NCBI GenBank assembly: GCA_014905635.1 | Contig: JABVCE010000023.1 | Location: 1 to 64,000, forward strand | Length of the DNA stretch: 64,000 nucleotides | Direction of reading: 5' to 3' | From: Scenedesmus sp. PABB004 | Lineage: Eukaryota | In this document: positions 22,140-39,800 of the stretch, in pieces | Layout of the letters: every line of letters starts with the position of its first letter | How positions within the stretch are numbered: position 1 is the first letter of the stretch | The notes under the pieces: generated by a model | Databases searched by the model: none | What the model saw: only the letters and a program-made list of their open reading frames with translations | Told to the model about the DNA's origin: nothing | Program-made: the position numbers and the translations under genes

Positions 22140-25100
22140 TCACCCCGCGTGCGCGTAGCCGGCCGCGGGCAGCAGGGCCATGCCGCTCACGCTGTCCATG
22201 AGCCAGCGCTGAGTCAGCACGGCCAGGCCCTGCGCGCGCGCGGCCGTGAGCACCGCCTTGGCCGCGCTGCCGGGCCCGCCGCTGGCAGCGCCGCCGCCGG
22301 CGTCGCCGCCGTCGGGCACCACCACGACCGCCGCCGCCTCCCCCGCCGGCGCCGGCGACTCGGGCAGCCGGCCGATCACGGTGCCGCCCGCGGCGCGCAC
22401 GAGGCCGGCGCAGCTCTCGCGCAGCGGGCCGCTGCCTGCGCAGCGGGTGGGCGCGGGCGGCGGGCGTCGCCCCGGGCCAGCGGGCGCGCGCGCCAGCCGG
22501 CGGGCGCCTCGGCCCGCGGCGGCCCGCAGCCCGCGCGCACCTGCCACCAGCACCTTCTGGCCCGCCAGCAGCGGCGGCTGCCCGGCCGCCTTGCGCGCGC
22601 GGCCCGCGGCGGGGCCGCCGGCGAAGCCGGTGCCGTCGCCGGCGATCTCGTGCGGCGCCTCGGGCACCAGCGCGGCGCCGCCGCCGTTGCCTGCCGCCAG
22701 GCACGCGGCCACCCAGCTGCTGCTCACCACCCAGCAGCCCGCGAGCGTGCCCTGCGGCGGCGCGGCGGCGCGCGTGGGCGCGCGGTCGCGGGGTCGCTGG
22801 TCGGTGCCGCAGCCCGGCAGCAGGCCAGCCCGGCGCTCCACCTGCATGTACTTCAGTGTGCGCCGCGCCTCCCTGTTCTCGTTGGCCCTGCACACCACAT
22901 GCGTCGCGCCCTCGACCTGCTCCGACACGCGCCCGCCTGCGTGTGCGGCGCGGCCCGGGGCGGCGCGGCGTGGGACGGCCGTCGGCGCCGCGCGCGAGCC
23001 GCACGCCGCCCTCGCCGCGCCCGCCTGGCATGGCGCCTCACCGAGCGCGGAGGCCAGCTGCTTGAGCGCGGCCTTCTCCTCGTCGCCCAGCCCGCTGCCG
23101 ACCAGCACGACGCCGGCGCCGCTGGCGCCGCCGGGCCCCGCCTGCCCCGCGGCCGCGGCGGCCGGCGTCGGCGGCAGTCGCCCCTCCGCGCCCGCCTGCT
23201 CCGCGCCGGCGCCCGGGCTGCTGAAGCGCAGCTGGCCCTGCTTGGCCCCACGCCGCGCGCGCTTGCCCGAGCCGCTGCCGCCCGCCGCGCCGCTCGGGCC
23301 GCCCGAGTCGAGCGCGACGGCCGCGTCGCCGCCGGCGGGCGTCTCCGCCAGCGCCGGCGAGCGGCGCTTCTGGGCGGTCAGGGCTTTGGCGCCGTGCCGC
23401 ACGCCGCCGGAGCCGCTGCCGCCGGCGCGCGGGGTGGCGCCGGCCGCCGCGTTGAACGCGGGCGTCGCCGGCAGCGCGTCGCCGTTGGCGTCGACGGGCA
23501 GCCGGCTGCCGCCCTGCCGCCGGCCCTTGCTGCCGCCCCCGGCGCTGCTCCTGCCGGGCTTGCCGCCCCCGCTGCCCGTCGCCGGCGCCCTGGGCGGGCC
23601 CGCGCTGCGGGCCGCGGCGCCGCCGCCGGCGGGCGTGGCGGCGGCCGCCGCGGCGGCGCCGGCGCCGGCGCCGTCCGCCGCGTCGGCGGCCGCGCGCGCC
23701 TGCAGCAGCTCCGCCTCCTGCGCCGCCAGCTGCTTGTCGGTGAGCTGCGTGCGGCCCTTGGGCGTGGCGCACACCGCACACTTGCTGACCGCGCCCTGGT
23801 TCTCAAACGTGCAGGCGGAGCAGGGCCAGGGCAGCAGGCGCGACGGGATGCGGCGCCCGCCGCTGCGGCCGCCGGCCTCGCCGCCGCCGCCGCCGGCACT
23901 GCCCGGCGCCGCCGCCGCCGCCGCCGGCGTGGCAGCCTGCTCGGCGCGGCCGGCCTCCGCCGCGCCGCTGCCGCGCGCGCGCGCCGCCTTGGCCGCACCG
24001 CGCGGCTTGGCCGCCTTGCCGGCGGTGCGCGGCGGCGCCGCGGGCGCAGGCGCGGCCGGCGGCGAGCCGCCCGCCTGGCTGCCGGCTGCGGCGTCGGCGT
24101 CCGCGCCGCAGAGCCCCTCGGCCTGCCCGCCGCCGTCTGTCGCGGCGGCGCCCCGCTCCTCGTCGGCCGCGTCGTCCGAGTCGGACGCGGCGACCATGAG
24201 CACGTCGGCCGCGCTGTCGGCGGCCCGCGCCGGCGACGCGCCGCGCGGCCGCGCCGCGTCCTGCTCGGTGGTGCCCATGAGGCCGAGCAGGCTCAGCTGC
24301 CGCGCGTCGCCGGCGCCGACGCCCGCCGCGGCGCCTGCCCGCGCCCGCGCGCCGCGCTTCGCAGGCCCGCCCGCCGCCGCCGCGCCGCCGCCGCCGGCCC
24401 CCTTGCGCTTCTGCGCGCCGCCCGGCGCGCCAGCGGGCTGCTGCTGCTGCTGCTCGCCGCCTGCCGCCGGGCCGCTGGTGACGCCGCCGAGGCTGTCGCG
24501 CCGCGCCGCCGCGGGGCTGCCGCGCAGCGGCGCGCTGTGCAGGCCGGTGCTGCTGCTGCTGAGCGGCTGCAGCTCCTCCCGCAGGTCCTGCAGGTTCAGC
24601 CCCCGCAGCCACGAGCGGTAGCGCGGCCCCCCCTCCTCGTCGCCCGCCGCCGCGTTGGCGGCCGGCGCCTCGTCGGCCGCGCCGCCGCGCGCCGCCCGGC
24701 TGGGCGGCGGCAGCATCGCCGACGCGGCCGCCGGCGACTGCTGCTGCTGCTGCGGCGGCTCCTGCTGCCCGCCCTCGGCGCCGGCGCCCTCCGCCGCCCG
24801 CTTGCCGGCCTTCCTGCCGCGCCCGCTGCAGCCGCCTGGCGCGGCCTTGGCCGCCCTGCCGCCGCCGCCCCTCGCGGCGGCGGGGGCCTTGCCGCCGCCC
24901 GCCGCGGCCGCCGCGGCCGCCGCGGCCGCCGCGCCGGTGCCGCCCTGGTCGGCGCCCCTGTCCGCCGCGGTGTCCTGCTCCGACAGGCAGGGCAGCGCGG
25001 CGCCCGCCTGGGCCTTGATCCAGGACGGGACCGAGCTGTCCGCGCTGTGCTCGCCCTGCTGCCGCTGCCGCGCCGGCTCGCCCTCCGGCTGCCGCGGAGG

Positions 25101-25815
25101 CTCCGCCGCGGCCTCCGCCGCGGCCTCGCCCCCGCCCTCGCGCGCCTGCTGCGCGGCGGCCCTGCCGCGCGGCGCCGCGCGGCCGCGCCGCGCCGCGGGC
25201 GCCGCCGGGGGCGCGTCGCGCGGCGCGAGCAGCGCGGCGAGGTCGGCGCCGCCCGGCGGCAGCTGCGTGCAGAGCAGCGCGGCGGGCGCGAGCAGGGCGC
25301 CCTGGCCGAGCGCGGCCTCCAGCGCGGCGTAGAGGCCGACGATGCGGTCGACCTTGGCGTCCCCAAACACGTCGCGCCGCGCGCTCGGCGCCTTGCAGAC
25401 CGGGCACGCCTGCCGCACGCGCAGCGACTGCGCGATGCACTCCCTGGCCGGGCCCGCCCGCCCGCCGGGGGAGGGAGGGAGGGAGAGGTTGGCGTGTGAG
25501 CGGCGGCGGGTGCGAGGGCGCGGCGCGGGCGCGCGGCGGCGGCGGCGGCGGCGCGCACCGGCAGTAGTAGTGGCAGCACGCCAGCCTGGCGCAGGGCGGG
25601 TGCATGATGCTCAGGCTGCGGCGCGGCGGAAGGCGGAGGGGCGCGATCTCATTCGGGGGCGCGGCCTGGCGCGGCGAGCAGCGTGGCGACGCGCGCCTGG
25701 CGGGCGGGCGCGCGCCGCGAGCAGCAGCGCGAGCGGCTGCGCACCAGATTGAGCAGGTCAGCTCCTTGCCCAGCTGCCTTAGCGCGCCCTCCATGGCGTC
25801 CACGTCGACCGACAT
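22140..25815 (-). CDS. BRCA1: BRCA1/BARD1-like protein: RING, RanBP2/NZF zinc finger, tandem BRCT
   Basis: ELTCSICLSIM...LACCHYYCRECI...CPVCK (RING); WPCSACTFENQGAVSKCAVC; THVVC...RTLKYMQGTLAGCWVVSSSWV and LVRAAGG...TQRWLMDSVS (two BRCT domains). Confidence 0.85.
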
Positions 25816-26000
25816 GGCGTCCACGCGCGCTCAGCGGGGCGCGTCGGCTGCCGGCGCGGCCGTGCTGGGAGGATGCTGCTCAGCGCTGCGCAGGCAGGCA
25901 CCCGCCGCGGCGCGGCGTGCTGCGGAGCGCCGGGTGCTCCCTGAAATGATGGCCAGCCCGCGGTGGTGTGGGCGCGGCAGCTCGGTGGCGCAGGCCGGCA

Positions 26001-26027
26001 TTTGAACAGCGCGGTCTCTGCGCCAAA
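26001..26027. promoter_or_regulatory. E2F-like site (TTTGGCGC on -) plus CHR-like TTTGAA in the BRCA1/YjbQ divergent promoter
   Basis: TTTGAA at 26001-26006 and GCGCCAAA at 26020-26027, about 190-210 nt upstream of the BRCA1-like ATG. Confidence 0.45.
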
Positions 26028-26218
26028 GCCCGGCGCTGTCGGCGAGCGCGTGCCTGGCCGCCCGATTGACCAGCGCAGTGGTAGACTGTCAGTGCATCAG
26101 CCAGCGCAGCCCCGCCGTCTGCCACCGCGCACACTCGCCGCCGCTGCTCGCGCTTCCGCTGCTGCCGCCGCCCCAGCCCCGCCCAGTAGCAGCGCTGCGC
26201 AGCCGGCGGTCCCCGGCC

Positions 26219-27030
26219 ATGCAGCTGGCGCGCGGGGCGCGCCAATGCGCGCCCGGCGCGCCGCGCCGGCCGCGCGGCCGCGCCCCCGTGCCGCCGGTGC
26301 GCGCGGCGCCCGTGTTCCGCTACAGCGAGGTCGAGCTCGACACGCAGCCGGGCATCGCCGTGCTCGACGTGACGCCCGCGATCCGGGACGCCGTGGCGGC
26401 GGCGGGCGTGGTCGAGGGGTGCGTGCACGTGCTCTCGCGCCACACGACGACGGCGGTGGCGATCAACGAGTGCGAGGCGCGGCTGCTGGACGACATCCGC
26501 CAGTTCCTGCGCCGCCTCGCGCCCCCGGGCGACCCGTACCTGCACAACGACCTCCACCTCCGCGAGGCGCCGCCGGGCTGGCCGGGCGGCTGGGCGGCGT
26601 GGTGCGCGGCGCGGCGGGGGCCGCCGCCGCCGCGCGGCGCGCCGCAGCGGCGACGCCGCAGCGACGACGGAGGGCGCCCGCCGCCGCCGCCGCCGCGCCG
26701 CAGGGCGGCGCAGGAGCCGGAGAATGCGCACAGCCACCTGCTGAGCATGGTGCTCGGCAACAGCGAGACGATCCCGGTCACGGAGGGCCGCCTAGCACTC
26801 GGCCAATGGCAGGTGGGCCGCCGCGAGCGGCGCGGCTGCGTCCGCGGCGGCGGCGGCGAGCCGCGCGCCAGCCGGCCCGCGCTGCGGGCTCCCCCGACGC
26901 CCCCGCGGTGCTGGGCGCCGCCGCCGCCGCCGCATCCGCGGGTGCGCAGTCGGTCATGCTGGTCGAGCTGGACGGCCCCCGGAAGCGCAGCGTCGGCATT
27001 CAGGTCGTCGGCGTCACGCAGCAGCAGTGA
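26219..27030 (+). CDS. YjbQ/UPF0047 family protein (secondary thiamine-phosphate synthase-like), 3 exons
   Basis: DVTPAI, VLSRHTTTAVAINECE, YLHND, NAHSHLLS, LALGQWQSVMLVELDGPRKR. Confidence 0.93.
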
Positions 27031-27341
27031 CCGCGCAGCTGTGCGCGACGGGTCGCACGGCTCGCTTGCAACGGCCGCGCATTACCCGTCGGCGCCCCGC
27101 GGCACGCACGCACGCCAGCAACCGGGCTTCTGCTTGCAGCCCAGGAACACGCGACCGCCTTCCCGCAGCCCCACCGCCCGCCCCCGCCCCAGCGCCGCGT
27201 GCCGCGGCGCGTCCGGCCTCTGCTGCTGCGCCGCGCGCCACGCCGCCTGCCCCGCCGCTGCAGCTGCAGCGGGTGGACCAGCGGCGCCTGCTGCGGCGCT
27301 GCCCTGTGTGCGCACCAGCTGCTGCCCGCCCTGCCAGCGGC

Positions 27342-28353
27342 CTATCCGCGGCCGCGGCCTGCGCGCGTCGCGGGGGCGCAGCGGCGTGGTGAGCGGGGGC
27401 GTCGTCGCCGCCGCCGCTGCTGCCGGCCCCGGCCCCGGCCCCGGCCGCGCCGCGCTCACCTCGGTCGCCGCCACGGCCGCCGCCGCGCCCGCCGCCGCGG
27501 CCCCCGCCGCGGCCGCCCTCGCCCGCGTTGTAGCGGCCGCCGCCGCGCCCGCCGCGCATGGGCGCGCGCTCGCCTGCGGGCGGGCGTCGCGGCGTGCGCG
27601 CATGTTGGCCGCCGCGCGCGCTTCGTGCGCTGCGCCGTCGCCGCCGCCGCCGCCGCCTGCCCCCGCCGCCCCCTGCCCTGCCGCCAGCGCACCGCGCTTG
27701 GGCGCCTCCTCCTTGACCTTGTCAACCACCTGCGCCGCGCAGGCGACGCAGCGACAGCAGCGGCGGCGCGCGGCTCTCAGCTGCGCCCCCGCGCTCTGGT
27801 GGCGCCCCGCGCCCGGCGCCGGCGCCGCCAGGCGCGCTCGCCGCCCCCTGCCAGCCCCCGCGTCGGCCGCACCTCCTCGGGCACGCGGATGTACTTGAGC
27901 GTGTTGCCGCGGATGTAGATCTCAGGCATGCGCCAGAAGCGGTCGCCGTCCTGCAAGCAGGGCCAGAGCGCGCGACAGAGGTAGGCGGACGGCGCGCGGC
28001 GGCGGCGGCGGCGGCGGCGCGGGCCGCGGCGCCGCGGCGCTGCCCGCTGGTCGGGGCGGGCCGGACGCGGCAGCAGCGGTTGCCGCCGGCAGCGGCGGCC
28101 GCGCCGCACCTTGGACGTGCAGATCACCTCGCGCAGGTGGATGTTCATCCAGGTGTCGCAGTTGACGAGGTGGCCGTTGTAGGTCTCGCCCGACTTGAGC
28201 TCCACCAGCTGCGCGCGGCGGCAGCACGCGTGGGCGGCGACGCAGGCAGCAGCAGCAGCGCGGAGGCGCGGCGCCGCCCCGCCCCGCGGCGCCCCGTGCG
28301 GCGCTCACCACCGGGTGGGCCTGCGCCGTGCGAAGCAGCGACAGCGGCAGCAT
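27342..28353 (-). CDS. LSM4: U6 snRNA-associated Sm-like protein LSm4
   Basis: [77 protein letters not shown] tail ending at TAG 27342. Confidence 0.97.
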
Positions 28354-28802
28354 GGCGACGCCGCCCCGCCGGGGCCGGGGCTGCGCTGGGGCGCCGGGCA
28401 GTGGCGGGCCGAGAGCAATCACTGCCGCCTGCCCCTGCTTGCGGGTCGCGAGCCTTTGCCCGGGCCCGATCTGCCCGACCGACTGCCGAGCGGGATCGGG
28501 ATCGGGCGCGCGGTCTGCGGCACGCGCGGAGCGGCACGGGAGCGGAGCGGCACGGGAGCGGAGCGGGGCGCGAGAGGATGCTGGTGCTGCTGCTGCTCCC
28601 GGTGGCGAGGGCGTGCGCTGCTGCTGACCGCGGGGGCAAACAGGTGCTGGCCGGTAGCGACGACCGCGGCGCCACCCGGCGAGCCCGTGCAGCAGAACCG
28701 CGGGTTGGTGCTGCTCTTCGCCTCGCCTGCGGGCCCCCGAGGCCCCCAGACCTCCCACCGCGCGGCCCTCACCTCACGCTGCTCACGCCGTCCCTCACCA
28801 CC

Positions 28803-29802
28803 ATGGTGCGCTGCTCCCTGGCGCCCGCGGCGGCGGCGCAGCGCGGCGCGACCGGCAGCGGCGCCGCGCGGCGCGCGGCGTTCGCGCCGGCCTGCCCCCG
28901 CCCGGCCGCCGCCCGGCGCGCGCCCGGCAGCGTCAGCAGCGGCCGGCGCGGCGTGGCGGCGCACGCGGACAACCCCGCCCGCCAGGCGCGTGGGGCTGCG
29001 GCACGTGGGGTGGTGGCCGCGCGCCCAGCGGGGCGCGCCCGCGCGCCCAGCGCGCGCCCGGGCCGACGCGTCCGCGCCGCCGCCGCCGTCCCACCGCCGC
29101 CGCTCCCGCCGCCGCCGCAGGCGCTGTCGGGCCTCGCCAGCACCATCTACAAGGCCACCGCCGGCTTTTCGCAGGTCGACAGCAGCCTGCCGCCGCTGTG
29201 GCAGGCGATCAAGAAGCTCGACCTGGCGGGCGTGCAGGCCGCGCTGCGCGACGGCGCCGACCCCAACACGCCCGACGCGGCGACCGGCGACACGCCGTTG
29301 CTCTACATCGCGCGCCAGGGGTGCGGCGCGGCGTGCTGCACTGCGCTGCACGCGCGCGCACGGCGCACGCCGGTGCCGGCGCCCGACCCTTCCCCCTCCC
29401 GCCTCCTGCCTCCCCGGGCAACCCCGCAGGCACTACAAGTATCCCCCCGCTGAGATCCCCGCGCTGCTGGTCACGTCCGGCGCCGACCTGGAGGCCAAGG
29501 ACAAGCAGGGCCGCACCGCGCTGCAGGTCTCGCTGCTCGCCGGCTGGCAGAACATCGCGGAGGTGCGCCCGCGCGCTCGGCGCCGGCCCAGCGCCGCGCG
29601 GGCTCGGCCCGCGCCGCTGCTCAGCAGCAGCACGCGCGCCTGACGCCGCCCCCGCCGCCGCCGCCGCCCGCCCCGGGCGGGCGCCTCGCTCTGCGCGCAG
29701 CTGCTGATCAAGAACGGCGCGGCGACGGGCGGCGTGGCGGTCATCAAGTCGAGCCTGACCTGCCCCGACTGTAAGCGCCTCGTCGCGCAGTACAACCTCT
29801 GA
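28803..29802 (+). CDS. Plastid-targeted ankyrin-repeat protein with C-terminal CPDC, 4 exons
   Basis: Transit-like N-terminus; GADPN...GDTPLLYIAR, GADLEAKDKQGRTALQ, LLIKNGA; ends LTCPDCKRLVAQYNL*. Confidence 0.88.
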
Positions 29803-30662
29803 TCGCGACGCGCAAGGGCGCGCGAGCCCTTGGACTCGCTGGGCACGGGCGCCTGCCCGGCTGCGCTGGAACTGGCGTGCCTGAGTGTGTTTTGGGTTTG
29901 GCACGGAGAGGAGCAGACGGCTGCGGAGCGGGGCGCATGCGAGAGAGCGCGTGCGCGGCGGCAGCGGCGTACCGCCGACGCGGGTTCGCATTGGGCGCGC
30001 ACCGGCAGCTGCTGCTGGCCGGGGCCTGGTAACGTGCGCTGGTGTGACGGCGCGGAAAAACAGAAGGCGACGCGGCAGCCAGCCCGGCGGGCAGCGACGC
30101 TTCGCCGCGGGGCGGCGGCGGCCAGGCGCAACCGACGGCGGCAGCTGACGAGCCGGCGAAACCTGCCCGCAGGTGCTGCCGCGCCGGCCATCGCGTTCCC
30201 AGCTCATTTTGAGCGTCTGTGAGTGTCTAGAGCAACGCTGCCAGCACCCTGCGGCCAGCGGCGAGCGCGGGCGAGCCGGCAACAGCACCGCGCGTTCAGG
30301 TGGGCGGCGGAGCTCGCAGGGCGAGGTCGATTGCGCGCTCCACGTCATTTGCACGATGACTCGCCATCATGCGGCGCTGGGGGACGACGGGCGCGGCGGG
30401 GGGGCTCGGATAATCGGGCCGACTGCCAGCCCGTCGTGCGGGCGCGGCTGGGAGCGTCGCAGCATGCTGAACGGCTTTAGAATGGCGTATCAGAGCTCTC
30501 GCGGGGCCAGCAGCAGCGTTTGCGGGGCCGGCGCCGCCGCCAGGGCGGGGTCAAGGCGCCGACCGGTGGTTGGCCGCTCCCGCGCAGCCGCCGCCTCACC
30601 CGCCGCCGCCCGCCCCTCTGCCCCCCGCAGCCCCTGCCCCTCTCCCCACCAGCAGGGCAGCC

Positions 30663-33600
30663 ATGCGCGTCGCGCTGGCGGCCGCGCTCGTCGCGGCAGC
30701 CATCGCCGCCGCGGCCGGCGCGGCGCAGAGCGCCGCGTCCACGAGCGCCGCGGCGGCGGCCGCGGCGGGCGCGCAGGCCGCCATCCCCGCCGCGTCGGCC
30801 GCGTCTAAGCCCGCGGCGGAGGGCCAGCCCATGGTGCTGGACTTTCAGCAGCTCGGCGAGTGCACGAGCGACAGGGGCATGACGCCGGCGATCGAGGGCT
30901 GCTCCGGCACCGCCGCGCTGACCAAGCCCGGCCAGGCGCACTGGTACCGCTTCAACGTCCTCGACGGCGACCTCGGCGGCGCGTTCACGCTGCACTTCCT
31001 CGCCGCCGTGCAGAACGGCCGCATCCGCATGTGCGGCGGGCGGGGCGCCACGCCGCGCGGGCCCCGGCGCGGCGGCGCGCCGCGCGCTGGCGTGGCTGAC
31101 CTGGTCCGCTGCACCGCCGCGCCGCCGCGCCGTGCCGCGCCGCCGCGCGCAGGGGGCTGTGGGGCCCCGGGCAGCGCCTGGACGGCGCGCCGACCATCGA
31201 CGCGACGACGCTGCTGTCGAGCTCCTTTGCACAGGAGCAGTACATCACAGTCCCCGGGCCGCAGCTCTTCAAGCACCCCGGCATCTACATGCTGCAGGCG
31301 CGCGGCGCCGCGCGCGGCCCGCCGCGACCGCCGCCGCTGTCGGCGGTTGCACGGCGCGCGGTCGCGGTCGGGCGTGAGTTGACGGTGTTGACCGCGTCGC
31401 GTGACCGTTGACCGCGCCGCGTCGACCGCGTTGACCGCGCGCAGGTCATGAGCGAGTACGGCGCGCCGCGCTACAGCCTGCGCGTCGACATGACCGCCGG
31501 CACGCGGCTGCTCGCGGAGGAGGACCGCGCGGCGGTGGCGCAGATCGCCAAGGACTGCTGCCGCAGCACCAACGGACTCACATGCTACATGTGAGCTGCC
31601 GCGGCGGACGCCGCGGCGGCCCGGCGGCTGCGGCGGCGGCGCGACGGGCAGGCAGGGGCTGTCGGCCGGCCAGCCAGCGTGTGTCACCGCGTCCTGTCCC
31701 CGCTGCTGCGCAGGCTGTCGCAGGCGGTGACCGCCGACTCCATGGACACCGACATCTGCCACCAGGGCGCGGTGCAGTGCGACATGGACGGCCACATCAC
31801 CAACCTGGTGCTGCAGGGCTCCAACTCCGACGCCGACCTCGCCTGCCCGGGGCTGTCGGCCGGCTTTGCGGCGCTGCCCAAGCTGCAGCGCCTCGACCTC
31901 GCGGGCTCGCGCCTGGGTGCGGCGGCGGCGGCGGCCGCGGCGGCGGCCGGACTCAGGGTGCCGCACGCCGGCTGCACGCTGACGGCCGCGTCGCGCCGCG
32001 CCGCGCCGTGCCGCCGCGGGGCAGGCGCGGACCTGCCGACGATCGCCAAGGCGCTCGCGCCGGCGACGCGCCTGCGCTGGCTGGTGCTGCGCTCCGCCGG
32101 CATCAAGGGCGCGCTCTCCTGCGACATCGTCCTCCCCAGCCTGCACCTGCTCTCCCTCACGCGCAACGCGCTCACGGTGCGCCGCGCGCGGCGGCGCGCT
32201 GCGCACGGCGGCACCACACTCTCGAGACGCGCGCGCGCGCACGCTGCGCCCCGCCGTCGGCCGACCCGACCCGACCCACCGCGCCGCGCCGGGGCCGCCG
32301 CCGCCGCGCGGGCGCCGCGCAGGGCCCCATCCCCGAGTGCTTCACGCAGCCGGCGGGGCTGCTGCACCTCTACCTCTCTGACAACGCCCTCAGCGGGCCC
32401 CTGCCCGACTTCAGCCCCCAGAGCAGCCTGCAGCTGCTGTTCGCGCGCGACCAGTTCGTCGACGGCCGGCCCAGCCTCACCGGCGGCCTGCCGCCCTCGC
32501 TCGGCGCCGCGGGCGCGCTGCAGTTCCTGCAGATCTCCAATGCCGGCCTTGGCGGCCCGCTCGGCGCGCTGCCGCCGGGCATCAGGTGCGCGCGCGCGCG
32601 CCTGTCCGCGCCGCCGCGCCGCGGCGCCGCGCGGCGTGCTGCGCCCACCCGCCACCTGCGCGCGCGTCACCCCCTCGCCCTCCGCCCTCTCACCCTCCCT
32701 CCCCGCGCCGCGCCGCCCCCTGCAGATATTTCAACGTCTCGGACAACGCCTTCACCGGCCCCCTGCCCGAGCTGCCCACGTCGCTGGTCAGCCTCGACGT
32801 CAGCCGCAACGCGCTCACCGGGTCCCTGCCCGCCGACATGTCGCGCCACAGCGGCCTGGTCGACGTGCAGGCGTTTGGCAACCAGCTCTCCGGCCCGCTG
32901 CCCGCGAAGCTGCCGCCGGGGCTCATCCAGCTCGCGGCGTCGGCCAACCAGCTCACCGGCGGCGTGCCCGCGCTGCCCCGGGGCATGCGCTACCTCTCGG
33001 TCGCCCTCAACCGCCTCGAGGGGCCCCTCCCCAACGGCCCCGGCGCGGGGAGCCTGTGGTTTGTGCGTCCCGCGCTGCCGCGGGGCGCGGGGCCGGCGGC
33101 TCCGCGCTGCGCTGCGCGCGGCGCCCGCGCGAGCGCCTGCGCCGTCTCCCACTCCCCGCCCCGCCCCCTGGGCGCGCGCGCGCGTGTGTGTGTGTGTACG
33201 CAGGCGGACCTCTCCTCCAACGCCTTCAGCGGGCCCATCCCCGCCGCGCTGAGCCAGAGCGCTGAGCTGGTCTACCTCAATATCAGCGCCAACCGCCTGT
33301 CCGGCATCGAGGCCCCCGAGGCCTGGTCCACGCCGTCGCTCATCACGCTCGACGCCTCGCGCAACGCCATCGCCGGTGCGGCGCCGTAGATAACTGCCGC
33401 CGATCGCCGCCCTGCGCGCGACGCGCCGCGCCGCGCGGCGCCCGCCGCCGCCGCGGGCTCACGCCGCGGTGCCGCGCGCAGGCACGCTGCCGGCGGAGCT
33501 CGCGTCGCAGCCCGGCCTCGCCTTCATCTCCCTCGCCGGCAACCGCCTGACCGGCGGGCTGACGGGCTTTGCCGCGGCGCTGCACCCCGAGACGCGCGTG

Positions 33601-34540
33601 GGCGCCGTGTTTGACGTCAGCGCCAACCAGCTGACCGGGGCGCTGCCGGACGGCCTGGCCTACCTTGCTGCGCTCAACACGCTGCCCGTCGCATTCCCCT
33701 CCTGGAACGAGTGAGCCCTGCTGCGCGGCTCTGCGCGGCTCCGCAGAGGCGCCTCCGCGCCCCGCTCTACAACCGACCGACCGCCGGCCCGCGCCGCGCC
33801 GCCGCCGCCGCGGTCGCAGGCTCGACACCACCGGCGCGCCGGCGAAGGTGGTCAACCTCACCGCCAACCCCCTGGAGGGGCCCTTCCCGCCGTGGCTGTA
33901 CGCTGGCCTGGTCGGCAGCGTGGCGTCGCACTGCGTCAACACCTTTGACGACCCCTCCGCGTGCAACGTGTGGGTGGCGCTCCCGCCGCTGACCTGCCCG
34001 GCCAACCCCGAGGCCGACAACGACGCGCTGCTGCCCGAGGACTACGCACTGCTCGCGCGCCAGGGGCTCGGCTGCGTCGCGTCAGACGGCGAGACGTATG
34101 AGATCTCCAGCGTGCTCCGCGGCAAGCCGGCGCGCCTCGCGGGCGCGCCCGCGCGCGCGCGCCCGGCCGCGGTGCCGCTGCCGGCGGCGCCGGGCGCGAG
34201 CGTGCGCGGCGGCGGCGCGGTGCTCGGCGCGCCGGCGGCGGCGGCGCGCGTGGCCGCGCCGTCCGCGCCCGCGCGGCCGGCGCTGCCCGCCGGCGCGATC
34301 GCCGGCATCGCCGTGGGCGGCGCGGCGGTGCTGGCGCTGCTCGCGGGCCTGGGGTACGTGGTCGTATACCGCCGCTGGTACACGGTGCGCGCGGCGCAGA
34401 GCTTCAAGCGCATGCAGGAGGGCCCGCTCGCGGGCGCCGGCGGCGCGGCGGTCAACAGCAGCGCGCCGCTCGCGGCCGCGCCGAGCCTCGTCGCGCCGGC
34501 GCCGGTGCCGGGGACGCTGGGCGGCGACGACGTGGTGTGA
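30663..34540 (+). CDS. LRR receptor-like membrane protein: signal peptide, LRR ectodomain, one TM helix, short tail, no kinase
   Basis: MRVALAAALVAAA signal; many LxxLxLSxNxLSGPLP repeats; TM segment AIAGIAVGGAAVLALLAGLGYVVVY followed by RRW...SFKRMQE. Confidence 0.88.
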
Positions 34541-35069
34541 GGGGGGCGGCGCGCGGGGAGGGGGCAGCGCTGTAGAGAGCTGTGTCGGGGGCTAGCGGCA
34601 CGCGCAGGGGCTGTGGCGAGCAATTGATCTGTCGGCACCAAGCTTAAGCGCGCGGCTGTCGGGCGGCGGCGGGCTGTGAGCGCCTGCAGCCCGCCTGGCC
34701 GCGCCGCCGCCGCAGCTGTGACCGTTGAACCGCGCCGCGCGCGTGACACGACGACGTCTGCCAGTCACACCCCGCCCGCGCGGGGGCTCCGCGCCCGCCC
34801 CGCCACCGACACGGCGCAGCCCCGCCCGCGCCACGCCCCCCGCGCCCAGCCTGCTCCCGTCTCAGCCCCCCCCCTCCCCCTCCGGCCAGCGTGGCATGCA
34901 GCGCGCGGCCCAGCGCGCCGCGGCAGCCCCGAGCCACAGCCGCCGCGCGGCTCCAGCGCGCTCCCCGGCCGCCGCCGCGCTCCGCGCGCCCGCCGCCGCC
35001 GCGCCGCCCCGCGCCACGCCCGCCACGCGCCACGCGCCACGCGCCACGCGCCGCGCGCCACGCCGCGCC

Positions 35070-39800
<4,731 letters not shown>

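Noticed and set aside
21369..25499. 1376-aa + strand ORF
   Set aside because: Antisense shadow of the BRCA1-like gene; Arg/Ala/Gly low complexity caused by stop-codon scarcity at very high GC.
27342..27344. Non-standard genetic code
   Set aside because: Genes end at TGA or TAG as expected, and no in-frame stops were seen in conserved exons.
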